From: Devosia sp.
Lineage (GTDB): Bacteria > Pseudomonadota > Alphaproteobacteria > Rhizobiales > Devosiaceae
Reading direction: 5' to 3'
Length of the DNA: 64,000 bases
NCBI GenBank assembly: GCA_040081185.1
Contig: JBEBHC010000002.1
Span: forward strand, 1,693 to 65,692
Part shown: positions 1-9,387 of the stretch, in pieces
How the letters are laid out: each line of letters starts with the position of its first letter
Numbering within the stretch: the first letter of the stretch is position 1
Notes under the pieces: model-generated
What the model saw: only the letters and a program-made list of their open reading frames with translations
Database searches by the model: none
What the model was told of the DNA's origin: nothing
Translations under genes and position numbers: made by a program

Positions 1-803
1 CCAACATCCTGCCCGCCGTACCCACCCTCATCCAGGCCTTGAGCCGGGCCGATGCCACAGGCGCGCAGATGCTCGAAAGTCTCGCCGTCGTCGTCTCGGG
101 TGGCGCTCCCCTGTCCAACGAAATTCGCGGAAAGTTCGTCAAGGTCTCGAAAGCTTTGCTCGCCGAAGGGTACGGTCTCACCGAGGCCTCGCCGGTCGTT
201 TGCTGTGCCGCCCTGCGCGTCCCCAGCAAGCCCGGCTCCATCGGCCAGCCCCTGCCCGCCACCGATGTGCGCTTTGTCGACGTCGAGACAAACACAATTG
301 TACCGGTCGGCGAACGCGGCGAGCTGCAGGTCAAAGGCCCGCAGGTGATGATCGGCTATTTCAACGATCCGGCGGCCACCGAAAGCTCGTTTGACGACGG
401 CTGGCTGCATTCCGGCGACGTCGGCTATGTCGACGAGGACGGCTACGTTTTCATCGTCGATCGCATCAAGGATCTGATCATCAACGGTGGCTTCAATGTC
501 TATCCGCGGATCGTCGAAGAAGCGATCGCCGCGCATCCCGCTGTAGACGAAGTCACCGTGATCGGAGTACCGGATACCCGCCGCGGCGAAGTTCCCGTAG
601 CCTACGTCAAGCTCAGGGACGGGCAGTCGGCCACCTCAGACGAAATCCTGAAGTTCCTCGACGCCACGTTGAACAAGCTGCAGATACCGCGCGAGATCAT
701 CTTCAAGACCGCACTGCCGAAGACGCTCATCGGCAAGCTTTCGAAGAAGGAGCTGCGCGAGGAATACAAGCAGAGCAAGGGGGCTCAAAGTGAACAGGCG
801 TGA
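1..803 (+). CDS. long-chain fatty acid--CoA ligase (AMP-binding), 5' truncated by window edge
   Basis: AEGYGLTEASPV, GELQVKGPQVMIGY, GWLHSGDVG, DRIKDLII and LPKTLIGKL motifs of ANL adenylating enzymes. Confidence 0.9.
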   Translation, partial: NILPAVPTLIQALSRADATGAQMLESLAVVVSGGAPLSNEIRGKFVKVSKALLAEGYGLTEASPVVCCAALRVPSKPGSIGQPLPATDVRFVDVETNTIVPVGERGELQVKGPQVMIGYFNDPAATESSFDDGWLHSGDVGYVDEDGYVFIVDRIKDLIINGGFNVYPRIVEEAIAAHPAVDEVTVIGVPDTRRGEVPVAYVKLRDGQSATSDEILKFLDATLNKLQIPREIIFKTALPKTLIGKLSKKELREEYKQSKGAQSEQA

Positions 804-1188
804 GAGCGACAATCGCGATCTCTTTGCCATCGCCGATCTTGCACGCGAGTTCGGCATCTCGACGCGTGCCATCCGCTTCTATGAAAGCAAAGGCCTGCTC
901 AACCCGGAACGCGTCGGCTCGACGCGTGTCTTTCGTCGTCGCGACCGAGCTCGCCTGATACTTATCCTGCGCGGCAAGCGGCTCGGCTTCTCGCTGCGCG
1001 ACATCTCCGACTACCTGAGCCTCTACGACGCCGACCGTACGCAGAAGGCGCAGGTGAACCTGCTCGTGCAGATGGTCGACGAGCGCATGCTGCAGCTCGA
1101 ACAGCAGCTCTCGGACCTTGAAATCACCATCACCGAACTGCGTGAGATCAGGAAGCTCGCCGGCGAGCGCCTGGCCCAGTCGGCCTGA
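790..1188 (+). CDS. MerR family transcriptional regulator (LiuR-like)
   Basis: IADLAREFGISTRAIRFYESKGLL HTH, RGKRLGFSLRDI; overlaps the acyl-CoA ligase stop. Confidence 0.9.
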   Translation: MNRRESDNRDLFAIADLAREFGISTRAIRFYESKGLLNPERVGSTRVFRRRDRARLILILRGKRLGFSLRDISDYLSLYDADRTQKAQVNLLVQMVDERMLQLEQQLSDLEITITELREIRKLAGERLAQSA

Positions 1189-1199
1189 GGCGCGATCCC

Positions 1200-1460
1200 C
1201 TAGCGCTTCCCGCGCGGCTTCACATTCGTCGTCATCGGGTCCGGCTTCTTCGGGCGCCGCCAGTTCTTGGGCGGCGCTGCGACCGGAATGTTGGTGCCCA
1301 GTCCCATCGCCCCCGGCGGCGGCTTTCGCACTGTCGGGCCGCGCAACGCCTCGATCTCGTCGCGCAGCCGCGCCGCCGCTTCGAAATCGTCCGCTGCTGC
1401 CGCCGCTGCCATCTGCCGCGTCAGGTCTTCGATCTTGCGCTCGATCGATTGGGACGACAT
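1200..1460 (-). CDS. small UvrB/UvrC (UVR) motif protein, 86 aa
   Basis: MSSQSIERKIEDLTRQMAAAAAADDFEAAARLRDEIEAL UVR coiled coil plus PPPGAMGLG..PPKNWRRPKKPDPMT tail; ATG overlaps the ligase TGA (TGATG). Confidence 0.8.
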   Translation of the reverse strand: MSSQSIERKIEDLTRQMAAAAAADDFEAAARLRDEIEALRGPTVRKPPPGAMGLGTNIPVAAPPKNWRRPKKPDPMTTNVKPRGKR

Positions 1461-3037
1461 CAGCTCGCCTCGACGAAGACGCGCATGTCGTCGAGCGTCG
1501 CCGCCTCGTTGACCGGCTTGTCCCACCGGATGCGGTTGATGCGCGGAAAGCGCAGCGCCACCCCCGACTTGTGGCGGTTCGAGTCCTGCGCCGAGTCGAA
1601 GGCGACCTCGAACACCAGTTCCTTCTTCACCTCGCGCACCGGCCCGAACGCGGCCACCGTATTGTTGCGCACCCACTTGTCGAGCTGCTTCAGCTCCTCG
1701 TCGGTGAAGCCGAAATACGCCTTGCCGATCGGCACGATCTCGTTCCCCTTCCACACGCCGAACGTATAGTCTGAATAGTAAGACGACCGTTTACCGTGCC
1801 CGCGCTGCGCATACATCAGGATCGCATCGACCACGTTGGGGTCACGCTTCCATTTGAACCATAGCCCCTTGGGCCGCCCCGGCACATAGGGCGACGTCCT
1901 GAGTTTGAGCATCACCCCTTCATGCCCGTGCTCCGCCGCCCCGCGCCGGCGCAACTCGGCGAGTCCGTCCCAGCCTGGAAAATCCAGCACCGGCGACAGA
2001 TCGAGCCGCGTCTGCTTGTTCCGTGAGAACCACGCTTCCAGAAGCGCCCGCCGCTCAGTCCACGGCAGCGCGCGGATATCATCGCTCCCGTCGAACAGCA
2101 TGTCGTACACCCGGATGAACGCCGGATAGTCCTCCACCAGTTTCTGCGTCGCCACCTTGCGGTTGAGCCGCTGCTGCAGGTCGTTGAACGGCAGCGGTTC
2201 GAGATCGCGCCCGACGAGCAACTCGCCATCCAGCACTGCTTCGCCGAACACATTGTCGATCAGGTCGGGGAACGAGCCTGCGATGTCGTCGCCCGTCCGG
2301 CTGAACAGCGAGGCCTTGCCTCGCCCCATGATCAGTTGAACCCGAATGCCGTCCCACTTCCACTCCGCCGCGAAGTCCTTCGGGTCGAGCACCGCGAGGT
2401 CCTTCACTTCGTCGATCGGCGTCGACAGCATCAGCGGATGAAAGCGCGACGCATGGTCGATGTCCGGCCGCTCCGCCTTGCCGTCGAGCCAGGCGAACAG
2501 CTCGAGATACGGCATTTCGAGCCCGTGCCAGATCTCCTCCAGCGCCTGCAGGTCCTTGCCGCCCATGTCGGCCAAAGCGGTCTTGGCGAGCCGCGCGCTC
2601 AGCCCGATACGCAACGCGCCGGTTGCCAGTTTTACCAGCGCCCAGCGCTCGTTGATCGCCGCCCGCGTCAGGAGCGACGCGATCAGCGCCGGGAGTTCCG
2701 ACTTGCTGGTCGTGTTGAACAACTCGATCAGTTGCGACAGAGACGGCAGCTCCTCCTCGCCGCCGTGATGCGGCCAGATCAGCGCGATGGTCTCGCCGAG
2801 ATCGCCGACATAGTCGTAGCTCAGCGCGAACAGATGCGGGTCCACTTCGCGCGTCACCACATCGCGCAACACCGCCGGCTTCACATTCTTGAACGTCAAC
2901 GCACCGGTGAGGATCGCCAGCGCATGGCCGCGATCGGGATCTGGCGTCGTCTTGAAATAGAGGCTCAGCGCCTCGAGCTTGCGGTTGCGCGAGGGCGTCA
3001 GCGCCAGCAGTTCGAGCAGTTGTGCGAACTTCTTCAT
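1460..3037 (-). CDS. ATP-dependent DNA ligase (ligase-associated DNA damage response type)
   Basis: AEWKWDGIR (KxDG), LDGEL, EGVMLK, WFKWK, LRFPRI ligase motifs. Confidence 0.93.
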   Translation of the reverse strand: MKKFAQLLELLALTPSRNRKLEALSLYFKTTPDPDRGHALAILTGALTFKNVKPAVLRDVVTREVDPHLFALSYDYVGDLGETIALIWPHHGGEEELPSLSQLIELFNTTSKSELPALIASLLTRAAINERWALVKLATGALRIGLSARLAKTALADMGGKDLQALEEIWHGLEMPYLELFAWLDGKAERPDIDHASRFHPLMLSTPIDEVKDLAVLDPKDFAAEWKWDGIRVQLIMGRGKASLFSRTGDDIAGSFPDLIDNVFGEAVLDGELLVGRDLEPLPFNDLQQRLNRKVATQKLVEDYPAFIRVYDMLFDGSDDIRALPWTERRALLEAWFSRNKQTRLDLSPVLDFPGWDGLAELRRRGAAEHGHEGVMLKLRTSPYVPGRPKGLWFKWKRDPNVVDAILMYAQRGHGKRSSYYSDYTFGVWKGNEIVPIGKAYFGFTDEELKQLDKWVRNNTVAAFGPVREVKKELVFEVAFDSAQDSNRHKSGVALRFPRINRIRWDKPVNEAATLDDMRVFVEAS

Positions 3038-4047
3038 TCGCCCTCGCCCTCCTCGACTTCTTCGCCGTCCTCATAGGCCGCGATCCGCAGCGGTTCCGCC
3101 GCCAGCCCTTGCTGCTGGCTCCAATAGACCAGCGCATCCTCGCGCCCATGCGTCACCCACACGGTTGAACACCCGGTCTCGCTGATCGTCTCCCGCAGCT
3201 CGTTCCAGTCCGCATGGTCCGAAATGACCAGCGGCAGTTCGACGCCAGATTGCCGGGCCCTCCCCTTCACCGACATCCACCCCGACGCCACCGCCAGCAC
3301 CGGATCGGGCAGCCGTCGCGACCACCGATCCTTGATTGCCGAGGGCGGCGCGATGACGATCTGTCCCGCGAGTTCCGCCTTGGGCACGCCGAGCGAATGC
3401 CGCAACTCACCGAGTGGAATTCCGCGCTCATCGTAAAGCGCGCACAGCCGTATCATCGCGCCATGGAGGTAGATGGGTCTGTCGTAACCGCCCTCGCGCA
3501 ACAGCGAAATCACCCGCTGCGCTTTGCCGAGTGCGTAACACCCGATCACATGCGCCCGCTCCGGGAAATTCGCGACCGACCGCAGCAGCCGCCCGATCTC
3601 ATCGGCCGTATGCGGATGCTGGAATACCGGCAACCCGAAGGTCGCCTCGGTCACCAGCAGATCGCACTTCACCAGTTCGAAAGGCGCCGCCGTCCGGTCC
3701 GGCAGGCGTTTGTAGTCGCCGGTGACGACGATCACCTGCCCGCGATATTCGAGCCGCACCTGCGCCGACCCCAGGATATGCCCGGCCGGATGCAGCGACA
3801 CCGTCACCCCGTCGATGTCGCGCCTCTCGCCATAGGGCAGTTCCTCGAACCTTCCGGCGCTCTCCTCGCCGTAGCGCGTCTTCATCACCGCGATCGTGTC
3901 GGGCGTTGCCAGCACGGCGCCATGCCCGTAGCGCGCGTGGTCCGCATGCCCATGCGTAATGATCGCGCGCGCCTTGGGCTGCGGCGGATCGATGAACACA
4001 TCGATGGGATCGATCCGCAGGTCGCGGCTGAGAAACGGCTGGGCCAT
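3034..4047 (-). CDS. ligase-associated DNA damage response exonuclease (MBL/beta-CASP)
   Basis: ITHGHADH, AGHILGS, TEATFGLP, YALGKAQR, ISDHADW, VTHG; 4-nt overlap with ligase. Confidence 0.92.
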   Translation of the reverse strand: MAQPFLSRDLRIDPIDVFIDPPQPKARAIITHGHADHARYGHGAVLATPDTIAVMKTRYGEESAGRFEELPYGERRDIDGVTVSLHPAGHILGSAQVRLEYRGQVIVVTGDYKRLPDRTAAPFELVKCDLLVTEATFGLPVFQHPHTADEIGRLLRSVANFPERAHVIGCYALGKAQRVISLLREGGYDRPIYLHGAMIRLCALYDERGIPLGELRHSLGVPKAELAGQIVIAPPSAIKDRWSRRLPDPVLAVASGWMSVKGRARQSGVELPLVISDHADWNELRETISETGCSTVWVTHGREDALVYWSQQQGLAAEPLRIAAYEDGEEVEEGEGE

Positions 4048-4091
4048 GGCGGATTAACGCCCGCCACGGCCGCCGGTTCAAGCGCCTCGCG

Positions 4092-7016
4092 CTACAGGAC
4101 CTTCGTCACCGCCAAAAGGCCCTCGCGCTCGGCATTTGCTGCGGCCACCGCGTCTTCGGACCCGAGCACGACAACCCTGCCCTCGCGCGCCAGCGCAGCC
4201 AGCGCATCGCCGAGCCGGGCAAAATCCGCCGCGGTCGCGCCGAGAATCTCATCTCGGCGCTTCTGGCGGTGTGCGTCGTCGGTGCCCAGCAGTTCCCACA
4301 TCAGGGAGGTGAAGCCTTTGGCATCCGGTAAGCGGTAGGTGTCCACCTGCCCGATCACGCCGATGATGGAGCGCACAATGTCCTGCTCGCCGACGCCCGA
4401 CTTGAGGAAATCCGGCGCGGCGTCATAAGCCGCAAGCGTCCCCAGCAGGTTCGGATCGCGATACGACGAGAAAGCGAAGCTGCCGGAATACGGATCGAAG
4501 CTGGACGATCCGCCATAGGCGCCGCCCTGCACGCGCACCTTGTCCCACAGATAGGTCGTGTTGAGGTGCCGGAGCGCCACGGCGGTCGCGCCCGTATGCT
4601 CGTAACCGAGCGCGTACAAGTTGCCACCCTTGGCGACGTAGTTCACCTGCCCGGGGAAGGTAAGACCCTCCGATAGCGGCGGCGATGTCGGCCAGGCTTC
4701 GGCATCGAGATCGGCTTCCGGCAGAGACGAAATGAACACTTCGAGCTTCGGCAGCACACCATCGATGATCGACGAATCCGCCGTGACATTCACCACCATA
4801 GACGTGCGGTCGATCAGCAGGTCGCGCAGTGCGAACAGCGCCGCCTTGATCTTCAGCCAGCCCTCTTCATGCTCGATGTCCTTGATTAGTTCGCGCAGGA
4901 AGAACAGGTAGCTCACGCCACCTGACGCTTCGTTGAACCACGACGCCGAGTTGAGCTGCGCGCTGAGCCGCGACACGACGATGCCGTTGCCACGACCCGA
5001 CAGCGAAGACTCGAACCCGGCCTTCTCCTCGAGCGCCATCTGCTTCAGCCGCTCGCGATTGTCGAGTCGCGCCGTCTTCAGCACATCGTCGATGATGGCA
5101 AGCAGCTCGCCAGCTTTGTCCGGTACTGCCTTGCCGCGAATAAACAACCAGGCAGCCGGAGTCTGGCCGTCGCGCATCATCGAGACCGATCGCGTCGCAC
5201 CGACACCACCGGTCGAACGTCCGATGCGCTGCGTCAACGCCACGAAATCTTCCTTCGCGGTGCCCGTCTGGAACAATGCCCGCGAAAACAGCGACATGTA
5301 GGGCACGAGCCGTGGCGGCACCCGGCGCAGGTCGAAGCCGAGATCGAGATACAACACGCCGTTGGTCGGCAGCGCGTGCGTGTAGAGCCGTGCCCCGGCC
5401 AGCCGGCCACGCTCGATCGGGATCGGCTTGTTGGTGCGGTCGAGATCGTTGAGCCCGAGGCTGGGTACTTTCGCCAAGGCGTCGGGGGGATCAGTCGCTT
5501 CCTGCAGCGCCTTCAGATGCACGGTCTCGGCCACCACTTCGGCCCGTGCCGCATCGTCCATTCCGGCCTGCACCGCATCGAGCCGCGCCCGCTCCTCGGC
5601 CACTTCTTCGGCGGCCAATGACGTATCGGCCGTCAGCAGCACCGTGGTGCGGTGCCTGTTGTTCACCAGATGCTCGGCGACCAGTCTTTCGAAGAGCCCA
5701 CCCGCAGCGACCTGCGCCTTCAACGTGGCCAGCGGCTTTTCATAGGTGAGCGACTCGAACGGGTCGCCGTCATGCAGCCAGTTGCGCATGGTGCGGAACA
5801 TCAGCGCCATGCCGCGCGGGAACGAGCCGGTATTGTTCTCGCGGATCGCGAACTCGTACGAGTTCATCGATGCCTCGATCGTCTCTTTGTCGATCCCTTC
5901 ACGCGCCAGCCGATCGAGCGTCGACAGGATCAGCGCCTCCACCGCCGGCGCCGCATCGTCGGCAATGCCCTTCAAGCCCACGGTGAAGAATGGCTGACGG
6001 AAATCGTCGGCGAGACCGGATCCGGTCAGCCCTTCGCCCAGCCCGGAATCGGTGAGCGCCTTGCGCAGCGGCGCGGCGGAGTTACCGACAAGGATGTGTT
6101 CCAGCACGTTCAGCGCCATCACGGTCTCCGGCTGCTCGATCTCGTCGAGCATCCAGTTGACGGTCACCATCGCCGTCTTCTTCGCCGGATCGGCCTCAGT
6201 CGCTGCATAGGTGCTGGCGATGAACTTTGGCGCGGCAAAGCGCGGCTGCAGTTTCACCGATGAATCGATCGGCGCTGCCTCGAACTGGTCGAGCACCTCA
6301 GCCAGCAGCTCCAGCCGCTTGCCCTCGGGATCGTCACCGTAGAACACAATTCGAGAGTTGGACGGGTGATAGAACCGCGTGTGGAAGTTCTTGAAGTAGT
6401 CGTAGGTGAGGTCGGGGATTGCCTTGGGGTCGCCGCCGGAATTCACGCCATAGGCGTTGTCCGGATAGAGCGACAGCTGGCTCGCCTTGCCCAGCACCGA
6501 TGCGGGCGACGAATAGACGCCCTTCATCTCGTTGAACACCACGCCCTTGAAAGCCAGCGGCATCTGCGTGCCGTCGGCTTCGTAGTGCCAGCCTTCCTGC
6601 CGGAACGTGTCCTCCGAGATCAGCGGGAAGAACACCGCATCGAGATAGACATCCACCAGATTGTAGAAATCCTGGAGGTTCTGCGACGCCACCGGATATG
6701 CGGTCTTGTCCGGAAAGGTCATCGCGTTGAGGAACGTATGCATCGAGCTTTTCAGCAGCTCGACGAAGGGCTTCTTGACCGGATATTTCCGGCTGCCGCA
6801 CAACACCGAATGCTCGAGAATATGCGCCACGCCGGTCGAATCCTCCGGCGGCGTCTTGAAGGTGATGCCGAACACCTTGTTCTCGTCATCATTGAGATAA
6901 CTCATCACCTCGGCGCCGGTTTTCTTGTGCCGGTAGAGGCGCACCTGCGATGAAATCTCGGGGATCGTCTCATCGCGGACGAGATCGAATGCGGCATGCA
7001 CGGACATTGGGGTCAC
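4092..7016 (-). CDS. M16C insulinase-family metallopeptidase (presequence protease-like)
   Basis: DSTGVAHILEHSVLCGSRKYPVK (HXXEH), LNAMTFPDKTAYP, GVVFNEMKG, VRVQGGAYG, SYRDP. Confidence 0.92.
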   Translation of the reverse strand: MTPMSVHAAFDLVRDETIPEISSQVRLYRHKKTGAEVMSYLNDDENKVFGITFKTPPEDSTGVAHILEHSVLCGSRKYPVKKPFVELLKSSMHTFLNAMTFPDKTAYPVASQNLQDFYNLVDVYLDAVFFPLISEDTFRQEGWHYEADGTQMPLAFKGVVFNEMKGVYSSPASVLGKASQLSLYPDNAYGVNSGGDPKAIPDLTYDYFKNFHTRFYHPSNSRIVFYGDDPEGKRLELLAEVLDQFEAAPIDSSVKLQPRFAAPKFIASTYAATEADPAKKTAMVTVNWMLDEIEQPETVMALNVLEHILVGNSAAPLRKALTDSGLGEGLTGSGLADDFRQPFFTVGLKGIADDAAPAVEALILSTLDRLAREGIDKETIEASMNSYEFAIRENNTGSFPRGMALMFRTMRNWLHDGDPFESLTYEKPLATLKAQVAAGGLFERLVAEHLVNNRHRTTVLLTADTSLAAEEVAEERARLDAVQAGMDDAARAEVVAETVHLKALQEATDPPDALAKVPSLGLNDLDRTNKPIPIERGRLAGARLYTHALPTNGVLYLDLGFDLRRVPPRLVPYMSLFSRALFQTGTAKEDFVALTQRIGRSTGGVGATRSVSMMRDGQTPAAWLFIRGKAVPDKAGELLAIIDDVLKTARLDNRERLKQMALEEKAGFESSLSGRGNGIVVSRLSAQLNSASWFNEASGGVSYLFFLRELIKDIEHEEGWLKIKAALFALRDLLIDRTSMVVNVTADSSIIDGVLPKLEVFISSLPEADLDAEAWPTSPPLSEGLTFPGQVNYVAKGGNLYALGYEHTGATAVALRHLNTTYLWDKVRVQGGAYGGSSSFDPYSGSFAFSSYRDPNLLGTLAAYDAAPDFLKSGVGEQDIVRSIIGVIGQVDTYRLPDAKGFTSLMWELLGTDDAHRQKRRDEILGATAADFARLGDALAALAREGRVVVLGSEDAVAAANAEREGLLAVTKVL

Positions 7017-7089
7017 TCACGAATGTGGTGCGCCCAATTTAGGTGCTGGGGAGAGGCATTGGAAGGGCGGTAAAGGCGGTGTGACCGGC

Positions 7090-8067
7090 CTAAATCCCGC
7101 CCCGCACCGCCGGACGCACCTTCTCGACGTAGAAGTCCTTGAGCTTGTCGACCAGGGCACCATCCACCGGGTCCATCCGGCTCACGGCCGCGTTGGCCTC
7201 CAATTGGCGCGGCTTGGTGACGCCGGCGATGATTGTCGACACCGCCTTCTGGTCGAGGATCCAGCGCAGCGCCAGGTCCGCCAGCGTCATGCCGGCCGGC
7301 AGCCAGTGCTTGATCTCGTCGGCAAACCCGATGCCCGCCTCAAACGGAAGCCCGGAGAAAGTTTCGCCCACGTAGAACGCCTGCCCGTCGCGGTTGTAGT
7401 TGCGATGGTCGCCTTCGGTGAACGTAGTCGTCTTGCTCATCTTGCCTGACAGCAGCCCGGATGCGAGCGGCAGGCGCACGATGATGCCGACATCGTTCTT
7501 CTGCGCGGCGGGGAAGAGTTCGTCGATCGCATCCTGACGGAACAGGTTGAAGATTGTCTGCAGCGACACGCAACCGGGCGAGCGCATGGCCAGCATGCCC
7601 TCCTCGACCGTCTGCACGCTGGCGCCCCAGTGCCGCACGATGCCTTCGGCCCGCATGTCGTCGAGGAACGTAAAAATCTCGCCGTCACGCAGCACGTCGA
7701 TTGGGATGCAGTGGAGTTGCGCCAGGTCCAGCACTTCGACGCCGAGCCGCTTCAGCGACCCCACGAGGCTATCCTTGACCCGCTTGCGATCATATCGCGT
7801 CATCCCCTCGAACTGCGGCCCGCGCCCCAGCTTGGTCGCGACAAACACGCCCTTCTTGTCCTTGAACGCGCCGATACGGCTCTCGCTCTCCCCGCCGCCA
7901 TAGACGTCGGCCGTGTCCCAGAAATTGACGTCGAGCGATCGGGCGGTCTTGAGGATGTCGCGTGCCGTGTCATCACCGACCGGACCGAAATCGCCGCCGA
8001 GCTGCCAGCAGCCGAGGCCGATCTCGCTGACCGTGTAGCCGGTCTTGCCGAGTGCACGGCTGTTCAC
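7090..8067 (-). CDS. aldo/keto reductase
   Basis: IGLGCWQLGG, DTADVYG, LDLAQLH, PLASGLLSGK. Confidence 0.9.
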   Translation of the reverse strand: MNSRALGKTGYTVSEIGLGCWQLGGDFGPVGDDTARDILKTARSLDVNFWDTADVYGGGESESRIGAFKDKKGVFVATKLGRGPQFEGMTRYDRKRVKDSLVGSLKRLGVEVLDLAQLHCIPIDVLRDGEIFTFLDDMRAEGIVRHWGASVQTVEEGMLAMRSPGCVSLQTIFNLFRQDAIDELFPAAQKNDVGIIVRLPLASGLLSGKMSKTTTFTEGDHRNYNRDGQAFYVGETFSGLPFEAGIGFADEIKHWLPAGMTLADLALRWILDQKAVSTIIAGVTKPRQLEANAAVSRMDPVDGALVDKLKDFYVEKVRPAVRGGI

Positions 8068-8996
8068 GGTGTCTTCCGGAGCTTCGCGGGCGTCATGTCG
8101 ACGCCGTTGGCGCGGCCCACATACTCGGGCAGATGCGGCACGTAATTCTCGGGTCCGCCGCCCCCAGTCGCCACAGCCGCGCCGAAGCTGTTCTTCACGG
8201 CATTGCCGACGGGGTTCACCAGCTTGACCGCGTCCGCCATCGACTCGAGATAGGTGAGGTCCTTGAACGCATTGCTCAGCGTGAACTGGTGCGCGTTGCG
8301 GTTACCGTCGATCGTGTAGCCCATGAACGTCTGGTAGAACCCGTTGTCCATGCGTCCGCCGCGGATCACGCTGTCGAAGCGCTCCGGCGAAATGCCCACC
8401 TTGCTCGCCAGCGTCAGCGCTTCGGCATAGATCGCCGCATAGCCGAGCGAGAGGAAGTTGTTGAGCAGCTTCATCCGGTGCCCGTCCCCCGGCACGCCGA
8501 TATGGACGATCTTGCTCGCCCATGTGCCGATCACCGGGCTCACGCGCGCGAACACTTCGTCGGTCGCGCCCACCATCGCGCTCAGCGATCCCTCGGCCGC
8601 TTGCACCGGCGTTCCACCGAGCGGCGCATCCACCAGGGCTATGTCCCGCGCCGCCAGCTCTTCCGCCAGCGCGGCTGTCGAAGTCGGATCGGCCGTCGAA
8701 CAATCGACGATCACCGAGCCCGGCCTGAGGCTCGCCGCGAGTCCATCCTTGCCACGCACCAGTGCCTCGACCTCGCGCGAACCGGTAACGCAGATGAAAA
8801 CGATCGAGCTTTTTTCGCCCACCTCGCGCACCGACTGCGCTTCCACTGCGCCACGCTTCACGAGGTCATCGACCGGGGCGCGATTGCGATGACCCTTGAT
8901 GGTCAGCGCATAGCCCTTCTCGACGATGTTCTTGGCAATGCCATGGCCCATCAGGCCAAGCCCGAGAAATCCAATCGTTTCCGCAGTGCCTGTCAT
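8064..8996 (-). CDS. 3-hydroxyisobutyrate/beta-hydroxyacid dehydrogenase family oxidoreductase
   Basis: GFLGLGLMG Rossmann motif, DCST, DAPLGG, KLLNN. Confidence 0.88.
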   Translation of the reverse strand: MTGTAETIGFLGLGLMGHGIAKNIVEKGYALTIKGHRNRAPVDDLVKRGAVEAQSVREVGEKSSIVFICVTGSREVEALVRGKDGLAASLRPGSVIVDCSTADPTSTAALAEELAARDIALVDAPLGGTPVQAAEGSLSAMVGATDEVFARVSPVIGTWASKIVHIGVPGDGHRMKLLNNFLSLGYAAIYAEALTLASKVGISPERFDSVIRGGRMDNGFYQTFMGYTIDGNRNAHQFTLSNAFKDLTYLESMADAVKLVNPVGNAVKNSFGAAVATGGGGPENYVPHLPEYVGRANGVDMTPAKLRKTP

Positions 8997-9018
8997 GATG
9001 TCCTCTGCCTGTTTCCGC

Positions 9019-9369
9019 TCAGTCCAGCGCGGCGGTCGCGATGATCTCGACCTTCAGCGCCGGATGCGCCAGCCTCGCCTCGATGCAGGCCCGCGCCGGC
9101 GGATTGGCCGGATCGATCCATGCGTCGTAAACCGTATTCATCGCCGCGAAATCGGCGATGTTGTTGAGGATGACCTGGCAGCTCAGCACCTTGGACTTGC
9201 TGGTGCCCGCGTCGGCCAGCAGCTTGTCGATCGCTGCGAGAACCTCGCCGGTCTGCTTCTCGATCGTGCCGTTGTAGTCGCTGGCCACCTGCCCCGCGAG
9301 ATACACGGTGTTGCCGTGCTTGACGGCCTGGCTCATGCGCTTGCCCGGCTGCAGGCGGGTAATGGTCAT
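9019..9369 (-). CDS. RidA family (YoaB-like) protein
   Basis: RMSQAV, VYLAGQV, FAAMNTVYDAW, PARACIEARLA..KVEI. Confidence 0.9.
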   Translation of the reverse strand: MTITRLQPGKRMSQAVKHGNTVYLAGQVASDYNGTIEKQTGEVLAAIDKLLADAGTSKSKVLSCQVILNNIADFAAMNTVYDAWIDPANPPARACIEARLAHPALKVEIIATAALD

Positions 9370-9387
9370 CGTAAATCTCCGTTGCGT

